From Octopus vulgaris (Eukaryota), in the NCBI GenBank assembly GCA_951406725.2, contig OX597818.1:32488001-32552000 (forward strand): a DNA stretch of 64,000 nucleotides, read 5' to 3'. Below, piece by piece: positions 55,116-64,000 of the stretch. Below the pieces are notes generated by a model, which saw only the letters and a program-made list of their open reading frames with translations, ran no database searches and was not told the DNA's origin. Numbering within the stretch: position 1 is the first letter of the stretch; every line of letters begins with the position of its first letter. Position numbers and translations under genes: made by a program.

Positions 55116-55187
55116 GTGAGATACCCGTATCCATACATACATACATATATATATATATATATGCATATATTCATATCTATATCTATC

Positions 55188-55223
<36 letters not shown>

Positions 55224-55307
55224 TATATACGTATATGCATATATATATATATATATATGAATATATACGTCTATCCATATATATATATATATATATATAT
55301 ACGTATA

Positions 55308-55357
<50 letters not shown>

Positions 55358-55453
55358 TGAACTAGATGTCATTTGTCTGTGGGCTGCTTCAGTCAACACA
55401 TCCACCAACACTCCCTACCATTGCGCTTGTAGCACATTCCTCACTTGTCGTTC

Positions 55454-55454
<1 letters not shown>

Positions 55455-55513
<59 letters not shown>

Positions 55514-55540
55514 CATTATTATTATTATCATTATTATTAT
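55455..55540. repeat. (ATT)n microsatellite
   Basis: Directly visible; source of the poly-Ile and poly-Leu ORFs. Confidence 0.95.
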
Positions 55541-58500
55541 CCTTTGTATGCTATATTTCATTTCTTTCCTGAAAATTGTTCGCTACTATGATGCCATACA
55601 TATATGTAATGTTAGAAAACGCCGCCTTTTTTGTTGCTTATTTGTGTAAAACACGACCCGCCAGTTGTTTTATACACGCAGTCGTTTGCACTAGTGTTTT
55701 ATGTGAACAAGCATGTTAAACAATATACCCGTGCAAAGTAGACAGACGCTGGTTCAATAATGTATTTTCTATGTCGATATATTAAATAGTATTGATTCTT
55801 TAATATTTAACAAGCAAATATTTATTTTATAACGTGTGTGCTTATATATTGGGTATGCTTAAATATAAAGTTGATGTGTATCTGTATTTATAAGTATACG
55901 AGTGTGTATTTGTTCATGTTTCTATGTTTGTGAATGTACTGATTATTTTTTAAAGTATGCTACACTTTGAGAAGGATTATTAATACATACGATTAATGAT
56001 ACCGAAAAAATTAACATGTTTTTCTTCATCGCTGATAAGCCAACGAGGTGTAATCCTAAAATATCTGGTCAGGTTATGGTTTGAAAATAATGAAAATAAA
56101 ATTAAAATTGACCGAAGCAAAATCTCACCTGAACCTCTAAAAATAAAATTTAATGACATCGAGTAGTAAACATGATATTTATTATGTCTACAAATACCTA
56201 ACACCCAGATAAATTTTTTATGATAATCAATAATTCTGTACATCAGTGATTTTGCTATTCAACATTCATTAAAAAAAAATGTTTCTCTTCGAAATAAGCT
56301 TTTACTCTCTACAAGGTAGCTGGTAGTCTCCCCTACACATTATGCAATCACATTACATTGTATTATGTAAATATACCTTTGCTCAAGGTGTGTATATTCT
56401 GTTCTCTTCTTTTTTCGACTTACTCCTTAACATCTATTAGCTATCTCATTTATTAGTTTAATTAACTAACTACTACATTTTTTTTTTTTTACATACATGG
56501 ATATATTTTATGCTGGATTTTAATATTTGACTTCGCTATCGACGCATCAACCTAATTCATTCAGCCTATCATCATTTACAAATGTCCTGTATTTGCGTTT
56601 TGCTAGAAAAAAAAGTCAGCATATTATTCAAGCAATATCTCATATTTTCCTATGATATGCCATCCAACATATGCTTATCTTTTGAGATTTGCATGAACTA
56701 TAGCTTCTAGCTAAGGTTGTATGTGGAAAAAACTAATGAAGGCAAAAAGTTCAAAATTGTACTGCACTTTGGTGCATATTTCAACTCAAATTCAAAACCC
56801 TACGTATATTCTAATATCTATTATTACTTATTGAGATTTTCATAATATGTGTGTTTAAAATATAGGCATTTTATTTAATTTCAATATCATTTTAGTGAGG
56901 AAAATCACAGCTCCTAGTTCCCATCCTACCACCTTAGCATTTACTACTTCTTTTTGAGTTCTCATTCGCGCCTAAGGCTGAGAACTACACAGGCTGAGAA
57001 CTACTGATTTTTTTTTTTAAGAAAGGGTGATAAACTATTAATCTGCAATAAATTATCTAATTAGGCAGCTCTTAAAGACAATGTGTGTCTAATGTCTATA
57101 GACGGACATATTACTAGATTCTACAGCTATGTAGTGTTTCTCATCTGTGATGCGGTCATCATCTACAGAGTTTATTTCCTTCGAAGATATAAACAGGATG
57201 TAACTATTAGAAATATCTGCAAACTGTTTCTATGAGGATCAACTGCGCATGTTATTTTAACATTGTAAAAAGTCTTTGAATCTCTTTAATTGGGCAGTCT
57301 TACACAAATCCGGATCTAATTACCATGTAACAGATTCCTGTTTGTGCGATCACCTAATTATATTTATCTTAAAATTACAAATTTACTCGGAAGCACATTA
57401 ATATATAAAAATTTATATATATATATGTATAGCGGGTCGTTATGAAAATTTGTATTTATTTTGACGATATCGGAAACTAAATTTAATATTTTTACTGCAG
57501 TCCCGTTTCAGTAATTCTCACGTCTTGTGAATTGCTGTTAACGTAAAAATCATATGTATCAGTAGAATCCCATTTAAAAAATAGATTTCTCAGCAAAGTG
57601 CGTTTGAATTAAAAAACGCTCATTCGTTATACAACCTGTATACCTTCTGTAAAATAGACTTTTATTATTTTGGAATTAGTGAACATAGATATATAGCAAG
57701 TAAATGTAAAGAAGTGTTCGTATTTGTGTACTTGTGTTCGTATTTGTGTACTTGTGTTTGTGTAATTTTATGTGTGCAATAATAATTATACATACGTGTG
57801 TTAATGTCTGAGCGTGAGTGTATGTATATGTATTTATGTTTATATAATGAAATTTTCTTTTCAGGTTAATCTGTATTTATCTAGATAAAATGTATTCACA
57901 TTCCATTGACCAATACAAAAGATGAATAACTGCTATCATAATATTTTGATGACTCGTTCTAAATGTGACAGATTTATTTCGCATTCCATTTCTTTGCATA
58001 AATCCAGAGATCTTCATATGGCTTCGTTGGATTGTATGCATAACATGACAATTTCACTATTACGGTCTCATTAATGAAAACAGCGTTTCAAAGTGCTTCT
58101 ACTATGAATTATCATACAAAGTATATACAAATAATGCGATATTATTAATAGAGTTAAAGATTCTGCGTCACTTCGATAAGTGTTCACATTGAGACAACCT
58201 TTTGAAATATCTTAAATGAAGTGATCTTACCTTAAATTAAACAACATACAAAACATAATTGCTGATACAGTCTTTCAGTTTCTGAACAGTTGCATGCTGG
58301 ATCACAGGGCCACAATAGGTGCTAAATACTTTACAATTCACAGCTACAGAAATGTAGGTCATTTTAAATAAGGCTTGATCATCGAATTGCGTTATACGTA
58401 TTTCTGACTAATTTATCAAATTAAAACTCACTACTGATCGCTATTTAAAAAGGGAAAAATTGTATCTGTAAATAATATTTTGAATAAATTAAATGATTTT

Positions 58501-58729
58501 TTTTTTCCTGAAATAACAACTAATGAGCACATCTGCTTTTAGAGCAGGTCTCAGATTCAGGTACCTAATACAGTAGATCACATTTTTAAAAAAAAATGTG
58601 AAATTTGTAACCTTAAAACATGGAGCAATGAGCAATGTTTAATATGATGGTTGTTACACACTTCAAAACAGATGTGGAAATATACCTCCTACACACACAC
58701 AAACACACACACACACACACACGCATACA

Positions 58730-58764
58730 CACACAAACGCATACACACACACGCATATGCACTC

Positions 58765-58811
<47 letters not shown>

Positions 58812-58912
58812 CGCGGCTATACTTAAACACACACACACGTGCGCATATCTACGCGCGGCCACACACACACACACACACACACAAACGAATACACACACAC
58901 GCATATGTACTC

Positions 58913-58955
<43 letters not shown>

Positions 58956-59010
58956 CGCGGCTATACATAAACACACACACACACGTGCGCATATCTCCGC
59001 GCGGCCACGC
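58730..59010. repeat. Two-copy tandem repeat of a microsatellite-containing unit of about 140 bp
   Basis: acacaaacg.atacacacac..gcatatg.actca..(TA)n..tacgcggctata..gtgcgcatatct.cgcgcggccac occurs twice. Confidence 0.85.
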
Positions 59011-59512
59011 ACACAGAGATCTATATGAATATGGTCGAATTTCAAAATACCAGTATCATTCAGAGCGAAATATAAGCATCGAGTAATCCGAACCATATCA
59101 TGATATCTTTTTAATGTGGGACGAAGTGATAGATATGAAACGACCAGATGACTTTCTTGACCGTAATAGATCAGAAGACTTATCTTTTTGAAGTCCGCAG
59201 AAAGTGAACTAACTTTATTTTATTTGGACGCAACATCGTTCGTAAGGAAAGCTTCATTCAGACAAACCATCGGCATGAGAAACAACAGTTAAATTGTTAG
59301 CCGACACTTTTGCCGTGAAGGCATACTTTCTTAGATGAAAGAATTTTATCACAGTGAATTGCGCGGAGCTAATGACTTATGAGTTTTCATAATCCTTGAG
59401 TCAAAAAGCTAGCGTTTTCCTTTGACCACTCTTCTACTTCAGATAAAGACATCTTTAGTATGTTGCTGATTAATTATATCGCTTCTATTACTTCTTCTTG
59501 GCTTCTGTTGTT

Positions 59513-59590
59513 TTTCTGCATTCTTTCCTAAGTTAACACACACAGCGCACGCACGCACGCGTATACACACACACACATCTGTATACATTT

Positions 59591-59624
<34 letters not shown>

Positions 59625-59696
59625 TCTGCATTCTTTCCTAACTTAACACACACATCGCGGGCATGCACGCGAATGTATACAAATCTGTATACGTTT

Positions 59697-59732
<36 letters not shown>

Positions 59733-59804
59733 TCTGCATTCTTTCCTAACTTAACACACACATCGCGGGCATGCACGCGAATGTATACAAATCTGTATAC
59801 GTTT

Positions 59805-59840
<36 letters not shown>
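59513..59840. repeat. Three-copy tandem repeat of a unit of about 108 bp ending in (TA)n
   Basis: tctgcattctttcctaa.ttaacacacaca...tctgtatac.tttcca(TA)n occurs three times. Confidence 0.9.
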
Positions 59841-59849
<9 letters not shown>

Positions 59850-59865
59850 TATATCTTTAGTGACC

Positions 59866-60121
59866 TATATATATGTATATATATATGTATGTTTATATAT
59901 ATATATATATATATGTATGTATATATATATGTATGTATATATGTATATATATATATGTATGTATATATATATGTATGTATATATATATATATGTATGTAT
60001 ATATATATATATGTATGTATATATATATATATGTATGTATATATATATATATGTATGTATATATATATATATATATGTATGTATATATATATATGTATGT
60101 ATATATATATATATATGTATG

Positions 60122-60161
<40 letters not shown>

Positions 60162-60167
60162 TGTATG

Positions 60168-60204
<37 letters not shown>

Positions 60205-60267
60205 GTATATATATATATATGTATGTATATATATATGTATGTATATATATATGTATATATATATATG

Positions 60268-60312
<45 letters not shown>

Positions 60313-60530
60313 GTATGTATGTATGTATATATATATATATGCATGCATGTATATACATATGTATGTATATATATATATATGCATGTATGTATATACATAT
60401 ATATGTATATATATATATATATGTATATATTATATAAATATATACATATACATATTAACATACATATTTATATATTATATGTATGCATACACTCATACCC
60501 TACTTTTCATACATATGCATATATATATAA
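59866..60530. repeat. Long (TA)n/(TATG)n compound microsatellite
   Basis: Directly visible; source of the 160-280 aa Y/I/M/C/V/H ORFs. Confidence 0.97.
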
Positions 60531-62639
60531 GATGTGAAGATACAGAAGCTAGTTGTAAAAAAAATGTTATCATTCGCTGTTGCATTATAGAAATTAAATA
60601 GAGTTTAGTCGTGGTTCATAAGTTTATCAGTAATCTGAAAGAAGGCAATGCTGAAAATTCTTTCAGAAGAAAAGGATGAAACGGAAATAACAAGGAACAA
60701 ATAATTTTTTAATAATAATGATAATAATAATAATATCAAAAACAACACCATCTTACCATGCAAATTAAATATAAGCTAGGTAATATAAATTCAGCAGGAT
60801 TTATCTAACGCGTGTAATTTTTGTTGCGAATCAATTCCCGTTTCTCTAAAGATACGTGGTGTGTCTCTTATCTACTTTTATTCTCTTCGCTTTGAGCAGT
60901 GAACTATCCCTTATCAAGGTTTCTGATCTAAATTTTAGAGTTTGGCATTTGTAATAATAGTAAGTAGCATACGGTTGACATTGCAAACAAGAAGACAAGA
61001 TTTATTTCTTCGTATTCCCCATTTCAACTGCCTCCTCTATCTTTCTGTTGAGCGTGGTTTTCGTATTCCTTGGATTTTCATCACTGACATGTTTATATCT
61101 CTCTCTCTTCTCCTCTTAAAATCTATAATAGAGAGAATGCAGTTTCTTATCTAAATGTTGGGAAATAAAAATGAAATATTCATAAAAACTACAGAATAAT
61201 TTACCAGTACGACAGTAGATTTTTATTTACTGACGATGTAACAACTGGATACTACGACAGTAACAATTTAAGTATATCACTAACAATAACAATAGTAACA
61301 ATAACAAATAAAGATGACATCCTCAGCAACAATAACTACAACAATAATCGTAATAGTTTTCTGTTCAATAAATTAGTTGCTGGAAAATCTATTTCCAATA
61401 GAAACTGAGATAAGAACTACCTAGTTACTTTGCAAAGAAATGATTGACGATTATATCTGATAGTTGTTGCAGTTACGCTACCATTGACAACCTTGCTGTC
61501 ATCAATAAAAGCCTCAGTACTGCGATCACTATTGCAACCATCACAACTCATATTACGACCCCCACCATTAATCCAACTACATCAGTCTTCTCTCTTAAGT
61601 TATTTTCTTCGTAATGAATTTAAAAAAATGACCCGGTTCAAATAATGCAGAGACAGACACATTGAAAATATTGTGTGGTAATTGCGAAAAATAGCAGTCA
61701 TATTTTTCTCAAAACAGTTTTTCCATCTTTATAAGAGGAAAGACATATTTCAGGTTTTGTATGTCTGAAAGCAAAATGAAATAGTTCCGATTGGAATCAA
61801 CTTTAATCATAATTCTACTGTTTTAGAGCTGAATTTGTTAAACAGAAACACCAGCATCCTCTTGTCTGATAGATTAAATAGTTCTTAACTTCTAGATGCC
61901 ACTAGACTAGACAAGGCGAGAAGAGTAAAATCATTAATACTGTCTAGTTCAGTTCCTGTTTGTATAATTATATGATTACAATAGAATGTCTACTGTTTGT
62001 CTATCTCAATCTTCGCTTTTCTTCTCTCAGCTGATAATCTTGGAATTTTGAACTTAATACATAATGTTATCTGATAATCTGCTGTACATTAGCATCCCAC
62101 TTACTGAGAGAAGCCTTTCTCAGCATGATTGATAAACCTGTTTTAACGGTACCCTTTTGTTCTTGATCAGCTCTTACTGGAGTTTAATCTGATGCAAGAT
62201 TTTGCCTTCATTTTTCCTGTTGATTTTCATCTGCAAATAGTCAAGTTGGTATCTCATACATAGATTATGGGGACTGTTTGTTTCTCCTGAAAAACCAACT
62301 ACACGTCCAATCATCTGTGTAACTTTGATTCAGAAATGGTCTAACTTCTTTAAAAAGACATATTTGCCACGAAGAGTAAAATTCCTTAGCTAAAACGAAG
62401 ACAACATCGAATCTCAGTAATTTCGGTTGCAATCATCGTTTAATATGTTTTTAGTATTGTCAACACTAACGCTAACTTTCAAAGAATTACCAAAATGACT
62501 TCTAACACATAAGATATCAAAGCTGGGCATGGTGAAAAAATAAGAAGTCGGAAATCTAAAGCATAAGAAATCTGAAACAAACGCATATCAAAACAATGAT
62601 GATACCCATAATCTTGAAGAGACGTTTACTATTTACAGA

Positions 62640-63070
62640 TTCCAAATTTTGGCACAAGGCCGACAAAATCGGTCAAGAGAATAAGTCGATTGGATTGGCC
62701 TCAATTCCTAAATAATACTTACTTTATCAACCGCGAAAGGATGAAAGGTAAAGTCGACCTCGGCAGAATTTGAATTCAGAATGTAAAGACGGACGAAATA
62801 CCACTAAGCATTCCGCCATCATGCTTACGATTCTGGTAGCTCTCCAACTTAGATTTACTAATTATTATTAATTAATACCATGAACGGTGGAGGCTGAATC
62901 GTTAAAGCGCCAGTGGTAATACTTTGCGCTATTTATTCCTGTTCTTTACAGTCAGTTAAAATCCCGCCAAGGCTACTTTTACCTATCATTCTTTCAGAGT
63001 TGTTGGGGTCGATGCAATCTCCAGACTCCCACTCCATAACATTTCTAGTGTTGTGCCTAAATTAAATACT
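62640..63070. mobile_element. Two older SINE A copies in divergent orientation (- at about 62640-62845, + at about 62885-63070)
   Basis: gaaaggatgaaaggtaaagtcgacctcggcagaatttgaa, followed by gctgaatcgttaaagcgcc...ggggtcgatgcaatc. Confidence 0.7.
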
Positions 63071-63163
63071 CGTATTATAATAAATAACTTGTTTTTTTAG
63101 CTCCAGTTCAACTTTATAACCGAATGCATTCAAATCGGGGCCGCAATAATTTTCAGGAATATA

Positions 63164-63392
63164 TATTTCTTTGCTACCCACAAGGGGCTAAACACAGAGG
63201 GGACAAACAAGGACAGACAAACGGATTAAGTCGATTACATCGACCCCAGTGCGTAACTGGTACTTAATTTATCGACCCAGAAAGGATGAAAAGCAAAGTC
63301 GACCTCGGCGGAATTTGAACTCGGAACGTAACGACAGACGAAATACGGCTACGCATTTCGCTCGGCGTGCTAACGTTTCTGCCAGCTCGCCG
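63164..63392 (-). mobile_element. SINE family A (full length, young)
   Basis: Reverse complement of the family A consensus, ending ctgccagctcgccg. Confidence 0.9.
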
Positions 63393-64000
63393 GTCATAGT
63401 ATAATCTGTACTCTTCCTAAACACAGTTGAGTGTAATGTGAGGGAGATGTGGCACATATTTCTAACACGCTGAGCGGCCACGTGGAGGCTCATTTATTGA
63501 CTTAATAACTATTTATTTAGAATGCAATGGTCTGACAGAAACAGATGAACACAAATAGCCAGTCTTTGTAAGGAAGTTGGTATAGTTGATCAAATCAACA
63601 ACTATCTATTTCGTTATTGCAATTACAAAAAGCAGGCGTAAACTGTATCGAATTTTATAGTTCATTGCATAATTAATTAGATGCAATCAAATATTGCATC
63701 GGCGAAAAAAATATGTCTAAATTATGTATAAGACTGTTAATTACGTATCGGATATACATCATAATGCGTGGTGGTGTTGGTGGTGGTAATAACAGTAATA
63801 GTGGAAGTGGTGGTAGCTGCAGTGGCGGTAGTGGTAGCTCAAACCAAAAAAAGGCTATTCACCAACATGTCCAACGTCCAATGATTGCAACCAGTAAAAG
63901 AACGGAGAGAACAAAGATAACTATATATATACACTATGTACTAGAAAGTATTAGATTTAGCGCTGTATGACTTCTGCCGCGACTATGATAACAGCGGTAT

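Noticed and set aside
59528-60601. Longest ORFs in the track (163-276 aa)
   Set aside because: Pure (TA)n/(TATG)n translation.
62110-62195. 'FNGTLLF' as the missing second half of Ig3
   Set aside because: In-frame stops lie immediately upstream and downstream, there is no Y-x-C motif, and the nearby acceptors give the wrong frame. The next constitutive exon probably lies beyond the window.

Overview
AT-rich eukaryotic DNA dense in microsatellites and SINEs. The SINE families point to an Octopus (coleoid cephalopod) genome, which is an inference. The whole window appears to lie inside one + strand gene, a PTK7/off-track (CCK4) Ig-domain receptor pseudokinase. Three clear coding exons (2530-2665, 16658-16821, 45818-45965) splice in frame to give Ig2 and the first half of Ig3. 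A probable 42-nt phase 2-2 microexon (55074-55115) follows, preceded by a YCAY cluster. The introns (about 14.0, 29.0, 9.1 and >8.8 kb) hold several tRNA-derived SINE families, Penelope-like fragments with hammerhead-ribozyme motifs, a Helitron, piggyBac- and pogo-type MITEs, a folded-back mariner remnant, LINE fragments and local duplications. Most interesting: the candidate microexon; a near-canonical minimal hammerhead in sense orientation at 43418-43452; inverted SINEs bracketing a 300-nt stop-free exon pair (circRNA architecture); SINE multimers with one shared junction; a 2.2-kb tandem duplication with signs of a consensus artefact; and an antisense island with a splice acceptor. Almost all ORFs in the supplied track are microsatellite or SINE noise. 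Repeat boundaries were read by eye and are approximate unless a TSD or terminus is quoted.
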